Source: a virus (taxonomy: Duplodnaviria; Caudoviricetes). Taken from it: a DNA stretch of 64,000 nt. Shown piece after piece: positions 9,621 to 19,003 of this stretch (position 1 is the stretch's first letter; the number at the start of each line of letters is the position of its first letter). The stretch is from positions 160,001-224,000 of the IMG/VR virus record IMGVR_UViG_3300043177_000122, one strand, 5' to 3'. The notes under the pieces were generated by a model. The model was not told the origin of the DNA, did not search any database, and was given only the letters and a program-made list of their open reading frames with translations. Position numbers and translations under genes: made by a program.

Positions 9621-9928
9621 TGCAATTCATCACTCAAGAAGAAGAAATACAAATAGACTTACCATTACAAGCTTTATATTTTTATGCTTCTTGGATGCCG
9701 TATCATCATAAGTTTATCACTATGATTTCTAAAATAGAAGAAAAGCACAAGAATATAGCATTCTTTGCTATTGATGTAGAGTCTTTTCCTAATCAGTGTA
9801 AAAGATTTTCTGTTGAATCTATACCTGAAGTTATTATTCTTAAAGGCGGTAAAGAGGTGAAAAGGATTAGCGGGCTTACTCTTACCAGCGCTTTTAGAAG
9901 TGCTTTTGCTGATATATGTACTTCTTGA
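9620..9928 (+). CDS. thioredoxin-fold protein lacking the CxxC motif
   Basis: YFYASWMPYH in place of WCxxC, AIDVE, FSVESIP cis-Pro motif, GGKEVKRISG. Confidence 0.8.
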   Translation: MQFITQEEEIQIDLPLQALYFYASWMPYHHKFITMISKIEEKHKNIAFFAIDVESFPNQCKRFSVESIPEVIILKGGKEVKRISGLTLTSAFRSAFADICTS

Positions 9929-9948
9929 ACCTTTAAATGGAGAAAGTT

Positions 9949-10359
9949 ATGCCAAAGAAAACCAGCAAGAAATCTAGTAAGAAAACCAAGGTTACTAAGC
10001 CTGCCAAAAAGACAGTAAAAACCAAGAAGGTAGATAAGCCGGTGGCACCTCCACAAACTGCTAACCCCCCAGTTCCTCAGGTATTGCCGCCAGTTGCTGT
10101 CAAGACGGAAGCAGAAAAGATTTGGGATGAAATTAAGAATCGTCCTATTGAAATGTTTGGTCTGCCAGATCAGTATGTATTTCAACACGCCACCTTTGTG
10201 CCTGTTGAACCAAATACGCTGTATGTAACTATTCGCTCTACTGCAACTCTCCCTTCACTGGAGGCTGCAATTGCCCCTCATTTTACTGTTGAGTTAGCTG
10301 ATAAGTTTGTGCTTATCAAGCGAGTTTCTAAACCATTAATTCCTTTCAAGAAGAGATAA
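9949..10359 (+). CDS. hypothetical protein with Lys-rich N-terminus
   Basis: MPKKTSKKSSKKTKVTKPAKK...; GGAG RBS. Confidence 0.75.
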   Translation: MPKKTSKKSSKKTKVTKPAKKTVKTKKVDKPVAPPQTANPPVPQVLPPVAVKTEAEKIWDEIKNRPIEMFGLPDQYVFQHATFVPVEPNTLYVTIRSTATLPSLEAAIAPHFTVELADKFVLIKRVSKPLIPFKKR

Positions 10360-10362
10360 TAT

Positions 10363-10893
10363 ATGACAAATAGAGGCGGCCCACCAAATCCACCCGGACA
10401 ACCAACATTACAAGGACCTGACGAATATACTCCTAAGATTGGAGTGAAAGGTCAAGGACAATCTATATTTGATAGTCGACGTAAAAAACCAACTCAGCAA
10501 GAATTTCAACAACAAGTACAACAAACGCAAGAAACTCTATCTGGTTACAAAAAACGAGCCGCCGAATTGTTTGTACAGTTTCAAAGAGCTATGGCCGATA
10601 AAACTCTACCACAGAATCGCAACATATTTAATCTAGAATCAGAAAAAGAACTTCTTCAGAATATGATTGTGTTGGCAGCAGAAATTAATAGTGATCCAAA
10701 TGAAAGAGAAAGTGAAGGCTCGCTTACTTGGATTGTGCTTTTATTAAAAACTTGTTTCACTCAAAGAGATAAGTTGAATGAGCTAGAATATGCAATAGCA
10801 CAGCTTCATAAAAAAACAGATCCTATTGCTATGGCTGATTTTATAAACAAAGAAATTACTAAAGCTCTTGACACGAAAAAAGGTAATGAATAA
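10363..10893 (+). CDS. hypothetical protein
   Basis: 176-aa ORF in operon. Confidence 0.75.
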   Translation: MTNRGGPPNPPGQPTLQGPDEYTPKIGVKGQGQSIFDSRRKKPTQQEFQQQVQQTQETLSGYKKRAAELFVQFQRAMADKTLPQNRNIFNLESEKELLQNMIVLAAEINSDPNERESEGSLTWIVLLLKTCFTQRDKLNELEYAIAQLHKKTDPIAMADFINKEITKALDTKKGNE

Positions 10894-11080
10894 ATTGACC
10901 ATGACACCCAAAGAGCTACTTTTATCTTTAATTTCTGAAGAAAAAGAGCGCTTCGGTCAATATTCTCAATTATGTGCCATATACCAAGTACCGCCCGATC
11001 CAATAGCAATAGCGAGACACCAGGGGAAACTGGAAGTGTTGCAGCGGCTTTTGCAGGAAAAGATTATTATCAAGAGTTGA
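10886..11080 (+). CDS. small hypothetical protein
   Basis: MNKLTMTPKELLL...; AGGT upstream; overlaps neighbours. Confidence 0.55.
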   Translation: MNKLTMTPKELLLSLISEEKERFGQYSQLCAIYQVPPDPIAIARHQGKLEVLQRLLQEKIIIKS

Positions 11081-11589
11081 TTAGTAGGGCCAATACAGTA
11101 CCCATTACAAAGTTATTTCGTCATTATGGCATCCGCCTGGATGAACATAATAAGAAAACAGCTTGTCCATTCAAATCGCATGCGGGTGGCCGTGAGCGTT
11201 CACCTTCATTCTGGTATTATCCTCATACAAATACGTTCCACTGTTTTGGTTGCCACAAAGGTCCATCTTGTTGTGACTTTGTAGTAGAGATGGAACAATG
11301 TACGAAGGTACAAGCAGCTCAAAAGATACTACATCTATTTGAATCAGATGTAGATGAGGATAATATGTACAACATGCAGGATTTTGATGAGCGTCTCAAA
11401 ATAATGATGGACTTTTCAAACACTGTACGTGAGTTTTATCAGACTTATTCGACCGAAAAAGCGGGGGTATATGTTGAGCAAGCGTGTAAAAAATTCGACA
11501 CGCTGAACCTAAAGAAAAAGCTTAATAATGAGGCGTTAAGCCGAACTGTTGAGAAACTGAAGGAATACATAAACCTATATAAACCATGA
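10972..11589 (+). CDS. stand-alone CHC2 zinc-finger (DnaG zinc-binding domain) protein; start may be TTG at 11077
   Basis: CPFKSH...ERSPSF...FHCFGC...DFVVEME; no Toprim domain. Confidence 0.88.
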   Translation: MCHIPSTARSNSNSETPGETGSVAAAFAGKDYYQELISRANTVPITKLFRHYGIRLDEHNKKTACPFKSHAGGRERSPSFWYYPHTNTFHCFGCHKGPSCCDFVVEMEQCTKVQAAQKILHLFESDVDEDNMYNMQDFDERLKIMMDFSNTVREFYQTYSTEKAGVYVEQACKKFDTLNLKKKLNNEALSRTVEKLKEYINLYKP

Positions 11590-11898
11590 AGAAAACTTGG
11601 GAAGAAAAACTAGAAGAAATTCTAGAAAATCATGATGATGTGTTCGGACATAATACCGAAGTAGATATCCATCGTTTTATGCGCGGGCTCAAAAAAAGCC
11701 GCTCGCACATGTGAAGAATTAGAGATTGATGTGGTTGATTATTACACCATAAGAATCAAGCTTCCTGATCTTGTTTTTAAAGAAAGAGCAAAAGATAGGG
11801 AATTGGTATTGTTGTATATCTTAACGTCAAGCCCAATGCCAACTGAATGCCGATACAATAAAAAGAAGGATCATTTGACTATAGAGTGGCATTATTAA
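11586..11898 (+). pseudogene. 104-codon gene split by one extra A in an A7 run (11691-11697)
   Basis: MKKTWEEKLEE...MRGLKK then AARTCEELEIDVV...EWHY* in the +1 frame. Confidence 0.6.
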
Positions 11899-11936
11899 TG
11901 GCGATGTGCATGTAGGTAAATTTTCACATTCATTGT

Positions 11937-12538
11937 ATGAAGTATTTTTATCTGTACAGGATTACAAACATAATTAACGGAAAAGTTTATATTGGGCAAA
12001 GTGTTAATCCATGGGCTCGTTGGCGCAGACATAAATCTGATGTTAAACTCGGCAAAGACAAAAAGCACTTTGCAAATGCTATTAGAAAGCATGGAGTACA
12101 TAATTTCATTTTGATGTGATTGCGCAAGCAAAAACTCTAGAAGATATTGATCAAACAGAAATCGATTGCATAAAACAGTACAAATCATCGGATAAAAAAT
12201 ATGGCTACAACATTGCGCTTGGTGGTAATGGTAAAAGGATAGTTTCCGAACGAACAAGAAAAAAAGATAGCTAAGTTTAGAATGGGCAAGAAAGCGACAG
12301 AAGAGACTAAACGTAGAATGTCTCAATCTATGATTGGTAAAATGCCGGAGAGAAGAATGGTATGTTCGGACTTTCAAGTGAAGATACCTCATGTGCTAAG
12401 TTGACATTGAGTCAAGCTAACGATATAAGAAGAGAGTACTTTGCTGGTGGCATTTCATCTATCAAATTAGCTGTGAAGTATGGCGTAAGCAAGAAAACTG
12501 TATGGAACATACTTCACAACAAGATTTACAAAAGCTAA
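11937..12538 (+). pseudogene. GIY-YIG homing endonuclease with NUMOD3 and C-terminal HTH, three frameshifts
   Basis: YLYRITN..NGKVYIGQS...RW..H; continues FDVIAQ...YGYNIALGG, ETKRRMS, AKLT...IR...YGVSKKTV after indels at 12109, 12259, 12339. Confidence 0.85.
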
Positions 12539-12546
12539 GGGACTGA

Positions 12547-13743
12547 ATGTCAACGGTAATAATTCTAGGTGATCCACACGTCGGTAAAGGAACAAACATC
12601 GGTAAAGGCGGTGTTGGTTCTACGCTCAATAGTCGCATTGTTGACCAACTAAACTTATTAGATTGGACGTTGGATCAGGCTGTTGAGCATCATGCAGATC
12701 ACATCATCATCACTGGAGATGTATTTGAAGAGCCAAAGCCTCATCCAGCTTTAATTACTCTATTTATTTCTTGGCTCAAAAAATGTCAAGTACATGACAT
12801 CAATGTGCATATCATTGTTGGCAACCACGATATTCTACGCAATGGTCTAGTATCAACTTCACCATTAGATATTGTGAGTGAAGTTGAATTAGACGGGATT
12901 AGTGTCTACAAAGACATTAACACAATCATAATTGGTACTACAGCTTTTACGCTCGTGCCATTTCGTGATAGAAAATCATTTAGCTCCAATTCTAACGCTG
13001 AAGCAATTGCGTTGGTTCGCGATAGTCTTGTCTATGAACTTGCTAGCATTCCAACCACCTATCGAAAAGTGTTGATAGGACATTTAGCGATCGAAGGTTC
13101 AATTCCAATTGGTGATGAAATTGACGATTTGGCTAACGAGTTGTTTTGTCCTTTGGATATGTTCCAAGGATATGATTATGTGTGGATGGGACATGTTCAT
13201 AAACCTCAAGTAATGAAAAAGAAAAACCCTTATATTGCACACATTGGCAGTATGGATATTTCTAATTTTGGTGAAACAGATCATAAGAAACACATTGTAA
13301 TTTTCCATTGTGATGAAGAGAATGGATGGAGTTCAGCGTATTTACCAACAAGACCATTGCAAAAAATCACAGTCAGTGTACCCAAAGGTACCGATGATAC
13401 CACGGCCTATGTTTTGAGCGAAATCAAGAAGGCTGGGGTTCAAGATAAGGCGATTGTAAAAGTAGAGGTATCACTTGCATCTCCTGAGTTGAAATCAATC
13501 AACAAATCAACAATCGAAAAGTATTTGACAGGGCAAGGCGCTTTCAATGTCAATGCAATCTCAGAATTTAAGAAAGTTAACCTTATCAAAAAGGATAATA
13601 ACAATACCATCGACTCAAAGATGGATGTGGCTGCCGCAATCAAAACTTATGCGCAAACCTATATAGAAGATGCTGTAAGACCTGGCTTTATTGAATTAGC
13701 TATGGATATTCTTACCATCTACAAGGCCGAGGGCAAAGAATGA
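12547..13743 (+). CDS. sbcD: SbcD/Mre11 family metallophosphoesterase nuclease
   Basis: GDPH, TGDVFE, GNHD, GH, MGHVH motifs; overlaps sbcC. Confidence 0.9.
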   Translation: MSTVIILGDPHVGKGTNIGKGGVGSTLNSRIVDQLNLLDWTLDQAVEHHADHIIITGDVFEEPKPHPALITLFISWLKKCQVHDINVHIIVGNHDILRNGLVSTSPLDIVSEVELDGISVYKDINTIIIGTTAFTLVPFRDRKSFSSNSNAEAIALVRDSLVYELASIPTTYRKVLIGHLAIEGSIPIGDEIDDLANELFCPLDMFQGYDYVWMGHVHKPQVMKKKNPYIAHIGSMDISNFGETDHKKHIVIFHCDEENGWSSAYLPTRPLQKITVSVPKGTDDTTAYVLSEIKKAGVQDKAIVKVEVSLASPELKSINKSTIEKYLTGQGAFNVNAISEFKKVNLIKKDNNNTIDSKMDVAAAIKTYAQTYIEDAVRPGFIELAMDILTIYKAEGKE

Positions 13744-15968
13744 AACCATCCAGGCTCTATGTAAAAGATTTTATGTGCTATGATGATGCTTATATTGATT
13801 TTTCTCAGTTTAGTTCAGCATTAATTGTTGGGAAAACAGAAAACAATAATGAAGTTTCTAATGGTGTAGGTAAAACTACACTATTCCGAGCGATCGAATA
13901 TTTACTCTTTAACTATTCAGATGTTAATCTAGAGGATATTATTCGTGATGATGCTGATAAGTGTAGTGTGACATTTGATTTTATTGTTGGTAACGAAGAA
14001 TATAGAGTCACGCGCACGCGCACGCGCAAAGGCGCCACCGATCTTACGCTCTACAAACGTACTGCTCTAGATGGCGATGAAACCGAAGCTCTTCACTCTA
14101 TTAGTGGCGATCGTTATACTCCTATTGTAGATGATACTGATAAGTATTGGAAAGACATATCGGGCCGTCGCTCTGCCGATACAGATAAAGAGTTAGCCAA
14201 GTTAGTTAAAGTGAACTTGAAATCTTTTAGAATTTTCATACATTTTCTACAGCGCGATTTTGGCGGTTTAACCACCGCTACTCCTGAGGCTCGTAAGAAA
14301 ATTCTCAAAGATGCCTTGAACCTTATTGTATATTCAAAGCTAGAAAAGATTGCTAAAGATAAATCATCAGCCCTTTCTAAAGAGGCTGATAAGTTTCGTA
14401 CACTTATAAGTAGCTTAGGAGATCCAGATGCTGTTATGACAGACATCTCTGCTAAACTTATGGATGTAGAAAAAGAAATATCCGTTCGTTCTCTTAAAGT
14501 AGGAGATTTTGAAGTTCAGATTAATGTCATTAATGAAAAAATTAATCAACTAGTAAATGAGCATTCTAATCTAGAAAGTAAATTCTCTAATTTGGTGGCT
14601 AAAGAACAATCTCTTAATATTGAAAAAACAAAGATAGAAACTTCTATTAAAGAATATACTACTAAGAAATCTAATATAGTTAAACTTGCTCACGAAACCG
14701 TAGCAGAATTAAAAGAGTTTGAAGATACTCAAATTAAATTGGCTGAGCTAGATTTTAACCAAATAGATATTCTTTCAGAGAAGATTATTGCAAATAAAGA
14801 AAAGATAGCTCAGTTAAGTTTAACTATTCAAAATGATATGACGCGAGCTGAAAAGCTAAGAAAACCAATTCCTGAAGATGGCGAATGTGAAGAATGTCGT
14901 CAGCCTATCACAATAGAACATAGAAAAATTTGTCAGAAAAAAATCGATCAAGAATTGCGTGAAAAGCAAATTAACATTCAAAATTGTAAGAAAGAGATTT
15001 CAACTTTGAATACGGAGAATGCTGTTCACCAGCAAACTATTAATACGCTTACATTGTCTAAACAGAATCTTGAAAGTATCAATGGTAAAATATCTGCCAA
15101 AAAGAAAGAAGTGGCAGATAGGCGCACTATTCATGATGAGTATAAGATCCTACTAGATAAATTCAATGAGGAGTTGGAAGAGAAGATAAAAGAAATGGAT
15201 GCTATATCCCAGCAACTTCAAAATTCTTCAGCAATTAAAGAAGCTAAGATTCTTGAAAAACAAATACAAGAAGAAAAGCAAAAGGCAAAAACTATTGAGT
15301 CACAAAACTTGATTAACAATAAAGAGCTAAACCATTTTAATAGTACTAAAGCTGTTCTTCAGCATGATTTAAACCAAAGGATTGATGAAAAGCGCAAAAA
15401 GATTGAATACAGTAAACTACTTAAAGAAATTGAAGATAAACTGGGAATGTATCCGGCCGTTGTACAAGCATTTTCTAGTACTGGTATTCCTAATCTAATA
15501 ATTCAAAATGTCCTTGATGATTTACAAATTGAGTCCAATGCTTTACTTACGCAATTAAAACCTGGGTTGCAGTTATCTTTTTCTGTTGAAAAGACTATTG
15601 AAAAGACAGGAGACCAAGCGGACACTTTAGATATTCATTATACTGTTAATGGTAAAAAACGATATTATGAGAATATCTCTGGTGCTATGCAGTTGGCTGT
15701 CAATTTTAGTTTGAAATTGGGGCTTTCATTTTTGTTACAAAAATTAAGTGGTGTAGATGTTCGATTCCTATTATTAGATGAAATTGATCAGTCTTTGGAT
15801 AAAGCAAGTGTAGATTTCTTTGCAGATATAGTTAAGCTTTTCTCAAAGGACTATACTATTTTAGTCATTACCCATAATGATCGTTTGAAAGATAAATTCT
15901 CACATGCAGTATTGGTAGAACAAGATATAAACATGGTATCACGTGCGAAAGTTGTTTCATCGTGGTAA
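13740..15968 (+). CDS. sbcC: SbcC/Rad50 family ATPase
   Basis: NGVGKTT Walker A, long coiled coil with CEEC zinc hook, ISGAM signature, LLLDEIDQSLD, VITH. Confidence 0.92.
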   Translation: MKPSRLYVKDFMCYDDAYIDFSQFSSALIVGKTENNNEVSNGVGKTTLFRAIEYLLFNYSDVNLEDIIRDDADKCSVTFDFIVGNEEYRVTRTRTRKGATDLTLYKRTALDGDETEALHSISGDRYTPIVDDTDKYWKDISGRRSADTDKELAKLVKVNLKSFRIFIHFLQRDFGGLTTATPEARKKILKDALNLIVYSKLEKIAKDKSSALSKEADKFRTLISSLGDPDAVMTDISAKLMDVEKEISVRSLKVGDFEVQINVINEKINQLVNEHSNLESKFSNLVAKEQSLNIEKTKIETSIKEYTTKKSNIVKLAHETVAELKEFEDTQIKLAELDFNQIDILSEKIIANKEKIAQLSLTIQNDMTRAEKLRKPIPEDGECEECRQPITIEHRKICQKKIDQELREKQINIQNCKKEISTLNTENAVHQQTINTLTLSKQNLESINGKISAKKKEVADRRTIHDEYKILLDKFNEELEEKIKEMDAISQQLQNSSAIKEAKILEKQIQEEKQKAKTIESQNLINNKELNHFNSTKAVLQHDLNQRIDEKRKKIEYSKLLKEIEDKLGMYPAVVQAFSSTGIPNLIIQNVLDDLQIESNALLTQLKPGLQLSFSVEKTIEKTGDQADTLDIHYTVNGKKRYYENISGAMQLAVNFSLKLGLSFLLQKLSGVDVRFLLLDEIDQSLDKASVDFFADIVKLFSKDYTILVITHNDRLKDKFSHAVLVEQDINMVSRAKVVSSW

Positions 15969-15976
15969 GGGGCCAG

Positions 15977-16579
15977 ATGTATAAGATTGCAATCTGCGGC
16001 AAAGCCAATACAGGCAAAAACACATTAGCCAATCTATTGCTAGATGAGATTTTCAAAATTAATAATAATGAGTATTTTACTCCTAAGTTTATGGCATTTG
16101 CTGATCCAATCAAAGAGATTATAATGACCATGTTTCCGCGTGCTAACAAAGAATTTCTATATGGACCATCTCATTTTAGAGCGGAGGTTATTCCAGGAGC
16201 ATTTAAGGATGGTAAGCCTCTTACTTACCGTCAAGCACTAATTGATATTGGAACAGAAGTTGGTCGTAAGTATAGTGACCGTATTTGGTTAGAGAATTTT
16301 GACCATCGTTTTGAAAACTTATCAAAAGAGTCTTTTACATCCAATGTCGTGATTGTAACGGATGTTCGATTCCGAAATGAATTTGATCACCTAAAAGAAA
16401 AAGGATTTTTTCAGATACGTTTGTATCGAGATACTGGTGCCCCCGAGATTCAACATATTAGTGAAACCGGCCAAAGTTCTATTAAGGATGAAGAATTTGA
16501 CTATGTATTGTTTAATACTAAATCATTGGAAGAGCTAAGAGAGGAGGTTCGTTGTCAGATCATACCCAGAATTTCTTAA
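15977..16579 (+). CDS. deoxynucleoside monophosphate kinase
   Basis: ICGKANTGKNT P-loop, FADPIK, RQALIDIGTEVGR, VTDVRFRNE, HISE. Confidence 0.88.
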   Translation: MYKIAICGKANTGKNTLANLLLDEIFKINNNEYFTPKFMAFADPIKEIIMTMFPRANKEFLYGPSHFRAEVIPGAFKDGKPLTYRQALIDIGTEVGRKYSDRIWLENFDHRFENLSKESFTSNVVIVTDVRFRNEFDHLKEKGFFQIRLYRDTGAPEIQHISETGQSSIKDEEFDYVLFNTKSLEELREEVRCQIIPRIS

Positions 16580-16614
16580 TAGGCAAGACTATTAATACTT
16601 TCGTATGTTCTCAA

Positions 16615-16929
16615 ATGAGCGTTGAAGCCCTAAAAAAGAATTTTGTACCGAAATACTTGGCGACAGGAGAGCGGAAATTCTATCGCTTTCTAATCCTTTA
16701 CGCTCTAAACAAACTAATATACATTGAAAAAGGCTCCTTCAAGGGTAAACCGCCCGAGTTGGAGTTTTTAGATTATTACGACCAATTCATAATTTTGTAT
16801 AGAAGAGAAGGTGAGGAAGTCTATTTAGAGCTAGCTAGAGTCTTTAGAAGGGTAGCTCATAAAGTTTATCGAGTTATGTTAAAAAAGAACATGACAGAAA
16901 GAAATGCAAAATTTCTCAATTTGGTATAA
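16615..16929 (+). CDS. hypothetical protein
   Basis: MSVEALKK...; ATG 7 nt after a promoter-like motif. Confidence 0.7.
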   Translation: MSVEALKKNFVPKYLATGERKFYRFLILYALNKLIYIEKGSFKGKPPELEFLDYYDQFIILYRREGEEVYLELARVFRRVAHKVYRVMLKKNMTERNAKFLNLV

Positions 16930-16930
16930 T

Positions 16931-17965
16931 ATGGCAGTTATTAGCGTTACAGTTACACAATCGTCAGAACAAGTAGTAGCAGGAATACCAAAAACAGTTT
17001 CCATTACTACTAACATCACATCCACTATTTTCTATACTTTGGATGGAACAGATCCAACCTTATTCTCTACTATTTATACTGGGCCTATTTTTTTACCATT
17101 TGACCAATTATTGGTTACGCTTAAAATATTAGCTACTAATGGTGTTGATTCATCTCCAATTGTGGTTGAGCAATATATGACCAACATAGTAGATGGTAAT
17201 GCACGTTTAGGGCATGCTGGAACTACCGCTCAAGCAGGGAGTGTAGTTCCGAATGCTTACCCATTTGGTACACCTCCATTTCAACCTCAACAAGGTTATG
17301 TTAATCCTGCCGAGGCTGGGCCATATGGTGGAGCTGTCTATAATCCAGAGCTACCAGCCACTCCTACAGGTTTTGATGGACAAGGTAACCCAACAGGGTA
17401 TACCAATCAGCCGTACAATATTACAAATTATCAGATAACATATACTAATAGAGATGCTTTGGGCAATCAAGGAAGCAACATCGGTAACTTACCAGGTAAA
17501 ACCATTTTACCCTATCCAAGTGATGTTCAACCAGACAAAGGGCAAACTTCAGGACAAGGTCCAGAAGAGACTAATCAATTTACATCATTATTTGATCCAC
17601 GAGCAATGGTTATTTTTCAGGATTTCAGTACCGAAGATCCAAGTGATCCTCCACAAATTAATAGACAGTTTTTCTCACTAGAAAATGCTGAGAGAGCAAG
17701 AGATGGAACTTTCTATTTTAATACAGGATTAGATGCTTCGGCTCCAGTTAGTGGTTCTTTTGTAAGAGCACATTACAATCCACGCACTAATACAATGACT
17801 CATTACTATAGAGATTCTTGGTCTAATAAATGGATTATTTCAACTGCACCTTATCAACCAACTGGAACATTTGATGGTAATATGGCTCAAATGGCAATGG
17901 GAACTAAGAGTGGCGCGGGAGTTATTTTTGAATGGTTGCCCTTCGCAAGACGTGTTCTATTCTAA
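16931..17965 (+). CDS. protein with N-terminal Fn3-associated/chitobiase C-terminal-like domain; possible virion protein
   Basis: TIFYTLDGTDPT...YTGPI...LKILA motif; Gly/Pro/Thr-rich remainder. Confidence 0.7.
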   Translation: MAVISVTVTQSSEQVVAGIPKTVSITTNITSTIFYTLDGTDPTLFSTIYTGPIFLPFDQLLVTLKILATNGVDSSPIVVEQYMTNIVDGNARLGHAGTTAQAGSVVPNAYPFGTPPFQPQQGYVNPAEAGPYGGAVYNPELPATPTGFDGQGNPTGYTNQPYNITNYQITYTNRDALGNQGSNIGNLPGKTILPYPSDVQPDKGQTSGQGPEETNQFTSLFDPRAMVIFQDFSTEDPSDPPQINRQFFSLENAERARDGTFYFNTGLDASAPVSGSFVRAHYNPRTNTMTHYYRDSWSNKWIISTAPYQPTGTFDGNMAQMAMGTKSGAGVIFEWLPFARRVLF

Positions 17966-18005
17966 ATCGATATATAAGTATTACACATTAAACGAAAGAA
18001 TATTA

Positions 18006-18791
18006 ATGACAGAAGATTTACGTTTGTCGGCGAGTAAAACCAAGACTTTCTTGGATTGTAAAGCCAAGTACAAGTTTTGTTATATTGAAAAACTGCCACG
18101 CAAAGACTGGGACTTTCATATTTTTGGCAAATTCTGCCATAGTGTTTTAGAGTTTTTTCACAAGCAGTATATTGAAGGTTGTTTGTTACCATACAATGTT
18201 ACAATGAATGATGCCTTTAAACATGCACTGGAAGAGTTTAAAGATAAGATGACTCCTGAAATGAAGAAGGAGTGTTTTCAAATTATTGACCAGTATTTGC
18301 GTTTAATTACCAAAGATAAACAAGGTGGCATGCCAGCCAACGTAATTGCGGTTGAAAAAAGATTTGACTTTGCCATCGCTGAAAATCTTGTATTAAACGG
18401 AGCAATTGACAGGATTCAATTGGATGTTGATAATGTAATCCACGTGGCGGACTACAAAACCACGAAAAACAAAAAATATCTCAAAAACGACTTCTTTCAG
18501 CTTTTAACATATGCTTATGTTATAGTGTCTGAAGACCCGAGTATAGAGAAAGTGCGAGCGTCTTATATTTTACTCAGACATAATTTTGAATATGTGACAG
18601 TTGAGTTTAATAAGGAAGAAATTTTAGCGGTAAAAGATAAGTACGAAGAGTATGCAAAGCAAATGCTTTCTGAGAAAGAGTTTAGACCAAATCCTACGAT
18701 TCTCTGTCGTTTCTGTGATTATTCTGATGTATGTGTAGAAGGAAAGAAAATGTTAGAACCTTCGAAAATATATGGAGAAGTTGCGTGGTAA
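18006..18791 (+). CDS. PD-(D/E)XK nuclease (RecB/Cas4-like)
   Basis: LSASK..TF..C..KY, G...HSVLE, VEKRF, GAIDRI, VADYKT, QLLTYA, C-terminal CRFCDYSDVC. Confidence 0.9.
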   Translation: MTEDLRLSASKTKTFLDCKAKYKFCYIEKLPRKDWDFHIFGKFCHSVLEFFHKQYIEGCLLPYNVTMNDAFKHALEEFKDKMTPEMKKECFQIIDQYLRLITKDKQGGMPANVIAVEKRFDFAIAENLVLNGAIDRIQLDVDNVIHVADYKTTKNKKYLKNDFFQLLTYAYVIVSEDPSIEKVRASYILLRHNFEYVTVEFNKEEILAVKDKYEEYAKQMLSEKEFRPNPTILCRFCDYSDVCVEGKKMLEPSKIYGEVAW

Positions 18792-18994
18792 ACAAAATTT
18801 GTAATAAAGCAATCAATGAAATTATTGAACAGCTTATTGCTAATGAAAGTCAACATAAAGTATCTCAAAGTGATCCGAATGCCACTTTTCAAGCTGTCGA
18901 TCTTAATGTTAAGTTTGTGCTAAACATTGAAGATAAAGATAACAGAGTAAAGCCGTTTCAGATGTTCTGCAATCCCGTAGTAGATTTAAAGTAA
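18785..18994 (+). CDS. small hypothetical protein
   Basis: GTG start overlapping the upstream stop; fills gap to tig. Confidence 0.5.
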   Translation: MVNKICNKAINEIIEQLIANESQHKVSQSDPNATFQAVDLNVKFVLNIEDKDNRVKPFQMFCNPVVDLK

Positions 18995-19003
18995 GAGGAA
19001 ACA

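Noticed and set aside
14007-14030. (ACGCGC) triplicate in sbcC
   Set aside because: Encodes TRTRTRK, a normal beta-strand pattern in SbcC; no regulatory evidence.
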